Below are positions 1-11,438 of a stretch of DNA of 64,000 nucleotides, piece by piece (positions within the stretch are counted from its first letter, which is position 1; every line of letters begins with the position of its first letter). Below the pieces are notes generated by a model. The model saw nothing but the letters and a program-made list of their open reading frames with translations, had not been told where the DNA came from and did not search any database. Position numbers and translations under genes: made by a program. Origin of the DNA: Octopus vulgaris (taxonomy: Eukaryota); assembly GCA_951406725.2 (NCBI GenBank), contig OX597837.1, positions 18,476,001 through 18,540,000 of the forward strand. Reading direction: 5' to 3'.

Positions 1-598
1 CTATAGTAGAAGACACTTACCCAAGGTGCTGCACAGTGGGACTGAACTTAAAACCACATAGTTGGGAAGTGAGTTTCTTAACTGAACACCCATATGTGTG
101 CCTTCTTTAATTATGATATTTCTAAACATAAAAGAAATGAATTGATCAGAAAACTTTCATTCTTGGTTATTGTTATTTTTCGAAGTGACAGACTTTGGCA
201 AACATCTTCTGAGAAGATGACCATGTTTGTTTATATAATATGAAAATAAAATGAAGTCAAGTTGATAATGATAAAAAGGGATGGGGTAGAAGTAGACCAA
301 GAAAGGCTTTGTAAGAAGTGATCAGGATATTGGATTACAGTCATGGTGTGACTTCTAATTGAAACATGTACAAAAATGCACATTGCACAACTCTACAACC
401 CAAACCAAAATGGATGTTGTGTTTAAACCAGCCATATCTGGCCCAAATATTCTACATATTTTACATTCAAACTGGCCATATCTAGCCTCTTACACCTAAC
501 CTACATTGGCATTCTAAAAATAAACAATCGTATCATTGAAACCTCAAAGCTATAAGATAATACATGATTAATTCAAAACAATTTAAATAAAAAAGCAT

Positions 599-1141
599 TA
601 CATTATTTACATTCTTTACATTTGACAGATATTTGTCCTTATCTTGTTTGTTGTTAACAAGTTTTGGCTGATATATCCTCCAGCCTTCATCAGATGTCTT
701 GGGGAAATTTTGAACCTGGGTTCTCATTCCTAAGGTATTTTTCAATGTTATTATTATTCAGGTCACTGCCTGGAATCGAACTCGGAATCTTAGGGTTAGT
801 AGTCCGTGCTCTTAACCATTACGCCATATGTAGAGACTCAAAGCTAATACTACCTGGCGTGAATATAATGCCACCAGCCCATGGGCATATGGTGTAGTGG
901 TTAAGAGCGTAGGCTACTAACCTCAAGATTCCAAGTTCGATTCCAGGCAGTGACCTGAATAATAATAATAATAATAACATTGAAAAATACCTTAGGAATG
1001 AGAACCCAGGTTCGAAATTTCTCCAAGCCACCTGATGAAGGCTGGAGGGTATATCAACCGAAACGTTGTGTTAACAACAAACAAGATGAGGTCAAATGTA
1101 AATAATGTACATAATTCCTCATCTCTTAAATATAGAACTGC
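599..1141 (+). mobile_element. Palindromic tRNA-headed retroelement with a hammerhead motif (Penelope/retrozyme-like)
   Basis: Inverted arms about 599-830 and 886-1110; A/B-box tRNA-like head at 883-955; (AAT)n; flanking direct repeat aaaaaagcattacatt at 589-604 and 1142-1157; it interrupts a MITE. Confidence 0.75.
1029..1070 (+). ncRNA. Minimal type I hammerhead ribozyme motif
   Basis: CAC-CTGATGA-A-GGCTG(10 nt)CAACC-GAAA-CGTT-GTG; palindromic AACGTT at stem III; one stem II mismatch. Confidence 0.65.
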
Positions 1142-1430
1142 AAAAAAGCATTACATTTAACAGAGTAATCTGAACACTAAACACACCATTATGCTGATGT
1201 AGATGGTAATAGAAACTGTCAGTCAAAATTTATCTTTTTACTGGAAAAATAACTGATTTGTGGTTCAGTGGCTGTATTGATCAGCTTGACATCAGCAAAA
1301 ATTAAATTCTTACACATTTTGCTCCCTCCCCTTTCTTGTCTCTGTCAAGTTTGTAAATGATATAGAATAGTGAGAACATGTCATTTACTGCTTATCAATG
1401 TTTCAGCCCTTGTCTGTCTTGCAATTTCAG

Positions 1431-1511
1431 GATGAGCGAGTCCTGTTCCATTATAATGGTCATGGAGTACCAAAACCAACATCAAATGGAGAAATTTGGG
1501 TTTTTAATAAA
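1431..1511 (+). CDS. RPTOR: Raptor exon (RNC domain), first exon in window
   Basis: ttcag|[27 protein letters not shown]|gtaagt; matches the Raptor RNC motif HYNGHGVP; phase 0/0. Confidence 0.97.
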
Positions 1512-2266
1512 GTAAGTGTAGTTTTGTATATTTAGCATTTAATTAATGCTGTGAAGGAATTGGTTGCAGATTTGTCTGGGATTTGGTGTAGTATTGATAC
1601 ATATTAATGCAGAACTGTTGCATGATCGCTTATGTATTGATTTCATATTTTGGCACAAGGCCAGCAATTTTGGAGGAGGGAGTAAATTGATTTCATTGGC
1701 CAGAATTTGAACACAGAACTTAAGGACAGACGAAATGCCACTGAGCATTTAGCCTGGTGTGCTAACAGTCCTGCCAACTTGTCACCATATTGGTCCCTAA
1801 TATATTAACATGTTGGAATCAGGTCTGGGTTTTGTGAGAATTATAATGTAATGCTGCTTATTTAATGAATGCATTTAATTTTCTGAGAACAAATGAAGAA
1901 ATGAAGTGGAATCATCATCATCAACATTTAATGTCCATTTTTCCATGCTCGCATGGGTTGGACAGCTTGACAGGAACTGGCAATGCCAGGGACCACACCA
2001 GGTTAAATAATCTGTTTTGACTTGGTTTCTATGGCTGGATGCTCTTCCTAATGCCAACCACTTTACAGAGTGTACTGGTTGCTCTTTATGTGACACTATC
2101 ACCAGTTCTTTTTACGTGGCACCAGCACCCACACCAATGCTTTCAATGTGACACCTTGGTTTTAGGATCTCAATTCTGTTGTGGTGGGCAGGTTTTTTAG
2201 AGCTGCTGTGAGGGGAAACTAATCTTCTAGAATCCTTTATTGATTTCCTTTTTTCTCCATTTTCAG

Positions 2267-2413
2267 ACATACACGCAGTATATTCCTTTGTCTATATATG
2301 ATCTTCAGAGCTGGATGGGAAGTCCATCTATTTATGTTTATGACTGTTCTAATGCTGGAGTAATTGTGGAATCTTTTAAACAGTTCTCTGCTCAGAGAGA
2401 ACAAGAAAGAGAG
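2267..2413 (+). CDS. RPTOR: Raptor exon (RNC domain)
   Basis: cag|[31 protein letters not shown]...QREQERE|gtgagt; phase 0/0. Confidence 0.97.
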
Positions 2414-3141
2414 GTGAGTTATCTGGAATTGCTGTCCTAACCCAAACACTACTACTACTGCTGTTGTTGCTGCCACTAAGTACTCCACACCCTACTATCA
2501 ATGAGCAAGCTCTTTTTTTTATAACTGATGTCAACAGTTTTGCCTTTCCTTCAGGCTCAGTTTCCCTCAAATGCCTGTACATCCTCCTTTTTATATTGTC
2601 TTGCCTTTAAAAAAATTAACATTAATTATATAAATTAAAGTAAATAAAATCAGGCAATGAGCTAGTGACATGGTGTGTGCAAAAAGCCAGAACAAAAATG
2701 TCTTAACTGAAATTTATCTGTAAATTGGGGAATGAAAACTGCAATTATAATCTGTTTTCTTTCTTTGTCCCTTTCTTTTATAAAGAAACACTGTTTGTTT
2801 GCTTTTATATTTGTTGTTCTTTGCTAGCATGCAGTCCATTTCACTTGTAAATTATGTAAAAAAAAAAAAATTCTATTTCTCTGATATTGTGGATTGTCTA
2901 GGTATTCAGATGCAAATATCCTACCAAATTATTACTTTTTGTCTCTAATGTCAGTGATCTATTTTTCCTGTTAATAAAATTCTTAGCAGGTATACAAAGG
3001 TCAATTAACTTGGTGGAGACCTCCATACATAATTCCTCTATTCCAGCTTGAACTGTTTTCATTTTACTTTTTTCTTCTTTTCTGTCCATCATTTCCATTT
3101 TCTTCTCACACTATTACCATTCTAACTTTATTTATTTACAG

Positions 3142-3365
3142 GCAATGATGAGTACTCATAATTCCTCAGTGACTGGAGAGATTAGCAGTGGTTCTTCAGT
3201 GTCATCAACTACTAATCCAACGGCAGCTTCCACCCCAGTGTCTATGAGTAACTGTATCCAGTTAGCCGCTTGTAGTAAAGATGAGCTGTTACCTATGAAC
3301 CCTGAACTTCCAGCAGATGTGTTTACCTCGTGCCTCACCACCCCAATCAAAATGGCGCTCACATG
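3142..3365 (+). CDS. RPTOR: Raptor exon (RNC domain)
   Basis: cag|AMMSTH...[38 protein letters not shown](W)|gtaag; phase 0/2. Confidence 0.96.
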
Positions 3366-4741
3366 GTAAGTTTAATTCAGTAAAATGGGCCTAGGCATGA
3401 CTGTATGAAATTTGATAAACACAAACTGTGCAAAAGCTTATCGTATATACGTAATTGGGAGTTAATGGTTAAAAACTTATAGATAAATTTAAAACCTGGT
3501 GATGCTGATTTTATTGGTTACAAGATTGTTCTCATGATCCTTGTGGGGAAAATACAGAATGCAGTAATAGAAAACACTGCTATAATTTCCTTCATTCAGA
3601 TGAGACCAAAGAATTCTAGAAATATTAATGTACTTATTGTTCCAAACTAAACAAGACTAGTAAAGAAATATGGAAAATCATTAATAAGAAAGATGAAACA
3701 CTTAAAAGCTCTTATGTATGCAAATATATATATGTATGTATTTACACATGGAGGTGAGTATCTATGCAAGCATCTGTTTATTTTAAATTTATTTTTATGA
3801 TGCATTGGCAAATGATATAAACATTGTCAGTCTTGCTGTTAAAAATGCAGTGAAAGCAATTATTGGCCTGTTGCAGACCTGTAACCAAACAACACTTGAT
3901 TGCCAAAGGCAATATGTATGTGTCTGTCAACATCATCATCATCATTTCAACATCCACTTTTCCTTGTTTGCATGGATCTGATGGAACTTGTTGAGGTGGA
4001 TTTGTCTATGGTTTCCGTTCCCCAACTCACCTGTTTCCAAAGTAAGGTAATATTTCCCCATGACCAGACACATTTTCATTGATGATTGGAAAAGAAAGAC
4101 CCCCCAACTTGCATGTCGTGCAAAGTCAAGGCAGTAACACACACACACACACACACGTATGTCAGGCTTCTGTCAGTTTCTGTCTGCCAAATTCACCCAC
4201 AAGGCTTTGGTCAGTCTTGGGCTATAAGAAGACACTTGCCTAAGGTGCCATGCAGTGTGCTTGACAAGCAAACTCCATACCACACAGCCATGCTTAAGCT
4301 TCCCTCTTTCTCTCTCTCATATTTTAAACCAGTTTGGTAAATGTCAAGATATGAAACTATCAGCACTTTAGTAACTTCTGGCAATTGATTATAATAATGG
4401 TTTCAAATTTTGGCACAAGGCCAGCAGTTTTGGAGGAAGGGTTTAGTTGATTACATTGACCCCCCCCCCTCACCTCCTACTTATTTATCGACCCCAAAAG
4501 GATGAAAGACAAAATTGGCCTTGGCAAAATTTGAACTCAGAATATAAAGACATGAAATACTGCTAAGCATTTTGCCTGGTATGCTAATGATTCTGCCAAC
4601 TTGCTGCCTTAATAGTAATCATATAATGTTGTTTCAGTTTCACTCCCACTGTAGTATCTTTGGCAAGTGTCTTCTGAAATAACCCCAGGCCAATCAAAGC
4701 CTTGTGAGTGAAATTGGTTGATGGAAACTGAAGAAGCCCAT

Positions 4742-4789
<48 letters not shown>

Positions 4790-4859
4790 CTTGGGTTTAT
4801 GCTTTTTATTAGTTTAAAGTCAGTTCTTGTCAGTTGTCTATTTTTGTTTATAATTTCAG

Positions 4860-4919
4860 GTATGTTTCACAGGATTCTGGTAAGCTTGTTTCTGGCGCCA
4901 CTCAAGAACTTGTTGACAA
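4860..4919 (+). CDS. RPTOR: Raptor exon
   Basis: cag|(W)YVSQDSGKLVSGATQELVD(K)|gtaagt; 60 nt, phase 2/2, bridges the flanking exons in frame. Confidence 0.9.
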
Positions 4920-5459
4920 GTAAGTTAAGCTTCAAAATCTCGACCTAACATTTCTCCATCTACCTTATAGCAGTTATGTTTCATTTTCAGTGTTTCTTTC
5001 CAACATCATCATCATCACTTAACAAATACCTATTTGTCTTGAACTGATTTCAGTCATTGGCCTGTGGCCATGCTGGGGATCTGTTTCAAGGGGTTTCAGT
5101 TAACCACATTTGTCCAAGTACTATTTCAATTTGGTACTTATTTTATCAATTTATTTTAATCAGATGACTAAATTACCTTCTGATACACTCAAGACACCAG
5201 TTCATATTGATGTACTCAAATCTATAACATCTTCACTGCATGTGTGTGTATGTAATTGTGCTGGTACATGAAAAAAGCACCCATTACTCACTGTAAAGTG
5301 GTTGGTGTTAGCAATGGCATCAACCATGCCAAAACAGATGTTGGAACACAGTGCACTCCGTGGATCCATCAAATCCTGTCAAGCCATCCAACTCATGCCA
5401 GCATGAAAAATGCACATTAAATGTTGATGTTGAAGATTATGGACACAAATGGGCTGAGG

Positions 5460-5548
5460 TTCACTACAGCTGTTTCAGACCTGTTTTTTATTGATGAACA
5501 AATCAATTATGTGATGTAAAAAAAAAAAAAATGTTTTCTTCAGGTGAA
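5460..5548 (-). ncRNA. Type I hammerhead ribozyme motif, stem II decayed
   Basis: Minus strand TTCAC-CTGAAGA-...-GAAAC-AGCT-GTA-GTGAA; stem I TTCAC/GTGAA is perfect. Confidence 0.6.
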
Positions 5549-5689
5549 TTAAAATAAAATTTTATATTTAGGATTTTAGAATTTTTCACACTGTTGGTAT
5601 TGGATATGCTCTCCTTAATTATACCTTGGAGTCCTAATTAATAAAATACCTCAGTTCTTGTAGATCCTGCAAATAATTTTATGTATATT

Positions 5690-6063
5690 TAAGCAAAGTT
5701 TAGGTTAGTTAAAATATGTTTGTAACATATTTCAACTGCTAAAAGGCAAATTCACTGCAGTTACCATGGAGAAAAATTCTCTCCTATGGTTAAAAGGTAT
5801 AAAAACACCATATCTGTCCAGTATTATCCCCTGTCAGGATTCCCAGACATCGATGTTTCTAGCTCTTTAGTTGTTATCAATGGGAAATATCTAAGAGAGG
5901 CAACTCTGGACAAACCTTATCAAAACTATAGCTATAATTAGAATATGCCTTTACACATTTTTACCATAAGAGAGAAATTTTCTCCACAGTAACTGCAGTG
6001 AATTTGCCTTTTAACAGTTGAAGTATGTCACAAACCTATTTTAACTAACCTAAACTTTGCTTA
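5690..6063. mobile_element. Inverted-repeat element with a degenerate hammerhead in the spacer (Penelope-like remnant)
   Basis: Diverged arms 5690-5803 and 5950-6063; minus strand 5841-5885 reads TCCCA-TTGATAA-...-GAAAC-ATCGAT-GTC-TGGGA. Confidence 0.6.
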
Positions 6064-6332
6064 TGCCTAAACACTGCTTGGCACTAATTTTACTGTAATA
6101 TATGCATGCACAGGCTTGAGTGCGTAGTGAAGAAGTTACTTTGCAACTACATTGTTTTGGGTTCAGTCTCAGTGCATAGAAATTGAACAAGTATCTTCTA
6201 CAATTTGTTCTGGACTGACCAATGCCTTGTATATGAATTTGGTAGATGGGAAAACTGCAGAATCCTCTCATAATATGCATGTGTAAAGCTGCATTCACAG
6301 CTATTTATTGTTTTTCCTTTTTCCTCATGTAG

Positions 6333-6433
6333 AATACCTGGGCAGTTGAATGATAGACGGACAATGCTTGGTGAATTAAACTGGATTTTCACAGCAATTA
6401 CAGATACTATTGCTTGGAACACACTTCCAAGAG
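6333..6433 (+). CDS. RPTOR: Raptor exon
   Basis: tag|[33 protein letters not shown]|gtagg; phase 2/1. Confidence 0.97.
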
Positions 6434-6846
6434 GTAGGAATATCATTCCTCTCTCCTTTTCCTCATCCATCTTTTGTTGGTTTCTCTGTATCTTTTTCTG
6501 TTTTGCAATTTCATTTTCTTCATTTTTAAAGTTTCTCTTCTAAGTACATTCTTCACTTTCTTGTGTAATAAAAACAGTTTTTAAATGGGGATCAAAGAAA
6601 TGGGAAGCACTTCTGTTCATTGTCCTTCCTGATGCCATTAGTGATATAAGATTAGAATATTTCAAACTGAAAATTATGCTGTGGCTTCTCTTTTTAGAAG
6701 TTTACTGCAGAGAGCTGTTTGCCTTAGGGCAGTGGCTCTGTGGTTCCAGACCTCTAGTGTGGTGTTTATAAGAGTAGCACTAGGGTCTCATGAGCTGTGT
6801 TCAACATTTTAAAAGTTTGTTGAGTAAAATGTATAATTACTCAGTT

Positions 6847-7226
6847 ACCTGGGTTCTCATTCCTAAGGTATTTTTCGATGTTGTTGTTGTTATTATTATT
6901 ATCATTATTATTTAGGTCACTGCCTGGAATCAAACTCTGAATCTTGGGCTTAGTAGCCCGTACTCTTTACCACAGTAGTTAAGAGCGTGGGCTACTAACC
7001 CCAAGATTCCGAGTTCAATTCCAGGCAGTGACCTGAATAATAATAATAATAATATCGAAAAATACCTTAAGAATGAGAACCCAGGTTCGAAATTTCCCCA
7101 AGGCACCTGATGAAGGCTGGAGGGTATATCAGCCGAAACATTGTGTTAACAACAAACAAAAGGAAGACAAATATCTGTCAAATGTAAATAATGAACATAA
7201 TTCCTCATCTCTTAAATATAGAACTG
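6847..7226 (+). mobile_element. Second copy of the tRNA-headed hammerhead element, with a shorter inverted 5' arm
   Basis: 6847-6973 is the reverse complement of about 6975-7087; same 3' tail (cataattcctcatctcttaaatatagaactg) as the first copy. Confidence 0.75.
7103..7146 (+). ncRNA. Minimal type I hammerhead ribozyme motif
   Basis: GCAC-CTGATGA-A-GGCTG(10 nt)CAGCC-GAAA-CATT-GTGT; stem II is perfect. Confidence 0.65.
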
Positions 7227-8097
7227 GAAGGGTAAGAATTGTTTGTAATTTACAGTATTTTTGAGTGGAGGAGGCTTAATTAAGTCTTTGGACCCAGAAC
7301 TTAATTAGCATTTAATTTTATTGCCACTCCCCCACTACCACCACCATAAGGAGAAAAAGCAAAATTAATCTCAACAGATTTGAACTCAGAATGTAAAGAG
7401 CTGGGAGAAATATTGCAAAGTATCACTCTCATGATTCTGTCAATGCTTTTTATCCCTAACAGCTTTTCTGAAAAGAAAAAAATATATATAGTTGATGTAT
7501 ATTCTGTTGTCAACTATAGTGAGCTGTTTTAGAGCAAATATCCTTACAGCTGCATACTTTTATCACTAACCATTTCACTGAAAGGTTGGTGTGGAGCCTT
7601 TCAGAGTGGCCTAGTAGACTAAAACACAGTCCTGGGAACACAAATTCACAATAAGAATGACTCAGGTTCAAATCCAACTGGAGACAGGATTTTGGAAAGC
7701 AGCAGGAGGACACATAGGTGTCATGACCTGGGTGGGCTCAGCTCCTGTAGAGTGTCAGGTATAAGGGCCAAAACGTTTGTCAGATGGGAGTTCTTCCTCA
7801 GAAGATCTCTCTTGCAGTGTACTTGCCTTGTGGCAAATTTCTGTTATTTTTTTTTTGTATCAATTCAGCAGACTGAGGTATGAAGATTTAGGAATCTTAC
7901 TTTGGAGGGCAATACAATATTTAATCTATAATAGATGCTTATTACATTGTTTTATGTTCCTGTAAAAGGCATGAATGTTACTGACTCCCATATAAATATG
8001 ATGAAATACAAAATGTAAGAAATCAATGTTGTAACAAAGTTATTTGGTGAAAAATTATTAAATTACCTTTGTGTTTTTTTTTTTTTTTCTTTTATAG

Positions 8098-8242
8098 AAT
8101 TATTTCAAAAATTGTTCAGGCAAGATTTATTGGTTGCCAGTCTTTTTCGCAACTTTCTGCTGGCAGAAAGAATTATGCGATCTTACAACTGTACTCCAGT
8201 TTCAAGCCCACCTTTGCCCCCCACATATCAGCATCGGATGTG
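8098..8242 (+). CDS. RPTOR: Raptor exon
   Basis: tag|(E)[47 protein letters not shown](W)|gtgagt; phase 1/2. Confidence 0.97.
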
Positions 8243-9069
8243 GTGAGTTGCAGTTTTATTTATTTATTGTGTCATCTACTGATGAATCCATCTCATAAAA
8301 ATGCCATTTCAAACAAATTCATCATCCGAATCATTTTCACATTCTCTTTTTACAAGAATATAAAGAGGTTGGATTGGATGGGCCTGTTTTAACAGTGTTT
8401 TAACTATTTGTTATGGTTCTTCATCTGGTTTCTGAAATCCACCATTCTGTGAGAACACCTTAACAAGTGTACATATAGACAACTTAACACAACAACCATT
8501 TAGTATAGCCAATATATGTATATGAATGCAATGATGATGATGCAAACACTTCTATTAGGTTGAATCTGCCATCATGATACAAGTTAGTAATTGATGTATT
8601 TCAAGAAAGAGGTAAATTTCTAGGTATATGCAACGAAAAGGAATATCTGAAGTTTTATCAATATACAGAGTGGTGCAGTAAGTGTAGGGTAGCATGTTTA
8701 GTGCTATGAAAAAATAGTTAGAATATGATAAACTGTAGATATAATCATCAACAAATAATAAGAATTTTATAAATAGCAGAGTGTGTAAAAGTTAAATACA
8801 ATTATTTTACTTGTAAATAAGGAGGTATCATCTGCCTGTGTTGGTAACAATTAAATTTTTGTCAGTGTAAGTTCAATATTCAAGTATAGAATTAGGTGTA
8901 GGTTATTAAAGTGTTACAATTTAAAAATTTAGATGCTATCATAAATGGGGAAAATAAGTAATTTCATAGATAGCAGAATATTTGAATATGGTCTAATATA
9001 ATTACCTGTCACTGAAGCAGAGATACAAAGTAGGAAAATTAATTATATTGATCTAGGTAGAAGTGAAAG

Positions 9070-9410
9070 TGCATGGCTCAGTTGTTAGAGCATTGTGTTC
9101 ACTATCATGTGGTAGTGAGTTCAGTTCCTGGACTGGGCTGTGTGCTGTGTTCTTGAACAAGACACTTTATTTCACGTTGCTCCAGTTGACTTAGCTGTAG
9201 AAATGAGTTGCAATGTCACTGGTGTCAAGCTTTATTGCCCTTTGCCTTTCCCTTGGATAACATCCATGACGTGGAGGGGGGGGGGGGGGGCTGGTATGTA
9301 TGGGCGTCTGTTGGTCTTCCATTAACAACCTTGCCTGGAATTGTGCCTTGGAGGGTAACTTTCTAAGTGCAATCCTATGGTCATTCATGACCAAAGGGGT
9401 TCGTTACCTT
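9070..9410 (+). mobile_element. tRNA-derived SINE
   Basis: tggctcagttg...gagttcagttcc head, then ttgaacaagacactttatttcac core; related copies at about 19418-19735, 36529-36820, 49431-49700 and (minus) 57990-58260. Confidence 0.75.
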
Positions 9411-9583
9411 TAGGTAGTTGAATCTATGGATGGTTAACACAGCAGGGAATTATCTATTAAACAAAATAAATAAATAAATAAAAATGATTTTGGTACTGGT
9501 AATCATATGTAAGAAATAAACCTACCAACAACACAAATGAAGATATATCATAGTAGTTTAATAATTTTACTTTCTTTTTTTAG

Positions 9584-9764
9584 GGCTGCCTGGGATTTTG
9601 CTCTTGATATGTGCTTACGTCAGCTGTCTAAGATTGTTGATAGTGATGGTACGCAATTTGACCACAGTACTTTCTTTGCACAGCAGTTAACAGCATTCCA
9701 AGTTTGGCTAACATATGGTTCTGAGACAAGGAATCCACCTGAACAGCTACCAATCGTATTACAG
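9584..9764 (+). CDS. RPTOR: Raptor exon
   Basis: tag|AAWDFALDMCLRQL...FFAQQLTAFQVWLTYGSETRNPPEQLPIVLQ|gtaat; phase 2/0. Confidence 0.97.
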
Positions 9765-9877
9765 GTAATCTAGAGTACATTTGTCATAACAATCATTGTA
9801 TTTGAAACATGACTCACAGAAACTATAGTTTCATCTCTGTGCCAATATGTAATGGTTTTATTATTTAGTAGAATAAA

Positions 9878-10720
9878 GCAGCAATTTGGCAGAAGTGTTA
9901 GCATGCTGGACAAAATGCTGAGAAGAGTTTCTTTTGGCTTTATGTTCTGAGTTCAAACGCTGCTGAGGTTGACTTTGCACTTCACCCTTTCGAGGTTGAT
10001 AAAATAAGTATTAGTTGAGCACTGAGGTCAATGGAATAGATATCCTTATCACTCAAAATTGTTGCCCTTATGTTGAAATAGAAAAGCATAATTTGGTAGA
10101 ATCGTTTGAGCATTGGGAAAATGTGCTTTGTGGGATTTCTTTCAGCTTTTGACTTCTGAGTTCAAATCTCACCAAGATCAACTTTACTTTTCATCTTTCT
10201 AGGGTTGATAAAATAAAGTACTAGCTAAGTATTGGAAATGAAGGTATATACTAACCCACTTCCTTCAAAATTACTGGCCTTGTGCATAAATTAGAAACTT
10301 TATTATTATTATTGAATTGGCTGAATTGGTAGAGTATTGAACTAAATATCTCGAGATATTTAGTTACAGCCCTTTGTTTTGAGTTCAAATCCTGCCAAAG
10401 TCAACTCCTGTTTTCATCATTCTGAGATTAATAAAATAAAGATCCAGTCAGTCTACTCAACTAAACTGTCCTCCTTAATTTTGGCATTGCAGCTATGTTA
10501 AAAAGAATTATTATTAGTATGACGAAGGTAGTAAGCTGGCAAGATCATTAGCATGCCTGACAAAATGCTTTGCAATATTTCGTCTGTCTTTATGTTCTGA
10601 GTTCAAATTCTGCCTAGGTCGTTCAAGAGGTAATAAAATAAGTAGCAATTGAACACTGGGGTTGATGTAATCGACTTGCCCCCTCCCCCAAACTTGATGG
10701 CCTTGTGTCAAAATTTGAAA
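9878..10720 (+). mobile_element. Tandem array of four ~200-bp SINE copies
   Basis: Recurring ggcagaa...ttctgagttcaaat...gactttgc...gataaaataag...ggccttgtg...gaaa units separated by ATT-rich linkers. Confidence 0.75.
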
Positions 10721-11354
10721 TCATCATCATTATTATTATTCAAAATATGAAGACACTGATCAATAGTGAAAAGCCAAAAGTGTTATGTGTTACGACTAAC
10801 TGATGTCTTAGGAAAGTAGCAGGGTAGTTTGGTGTCGCAATAGCCATTCAGTTTATTAAAATGTGAATCAGTATATGGTGCTGGTTCTCTATTCTGTTTA
10901 TCATCTCCAATTACTTACATTTGGCTAAAAGTGGCAAAGTTAGTTACTTTACTTTGATGTTTGATATATTCCTTGTTCTTTCCCAACCTGAAAGTTTGAG
11001 GGTTGACATCCTTCTTGGTGGAATATATCATAACATGGAAAATAGAATTGATTATTTTTATGAAAAACTAATTTTTTTGGTTTTTACAATTTTGCTAATC
11101 TGCTGTAAATATTCAATGTTAATTACTTTCATTTAAGTTTTTGCCATAATATAAGGCTACCATTGCTCCCTTACATTTCCTGTATCTAGTTTTCATTGTC
11201 ACTTTCTGCTCAAACTTATTTTATATTCCAAACCAAAGATAATTAAACATGCTGCCAATCCTGCAGTAAAGTTAAGGAGTCTCTTTTGAATTTGTGTTGT
11301 GACAATATTTTATTTCCTTTATTCTATTATAACTTCTTTCATTCAACATTGCAG

Positions 11355-11438
11355 GTTTTGTTGAGTCAAGTCCACAGGGTGAGAGCACTGGAACTCTTGG
11401 GCCGGTTCCTGGATTTGGGTCCCTGGGCAGTCAGTCTG
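11355..11438 (+). CDS. RPTOR: Raptor exon
   Basis: cag|[28 protein letters not shown]|gtaat; phase 0/0. Confidence 0.97.

Noticed and set aside
883-955. Possible tRNA gene
   Set aside because: A and B boxes are present, but the acceptor and T stems pair poorly and it is the head of a repeated element.
7526-7535. GTTTTAGAGC, resembling the start of a type II CRISPR repeat
   Set aside because: Single 10-mer in a eukaryotic intron; no repeat-spacer array anywhere in the window.
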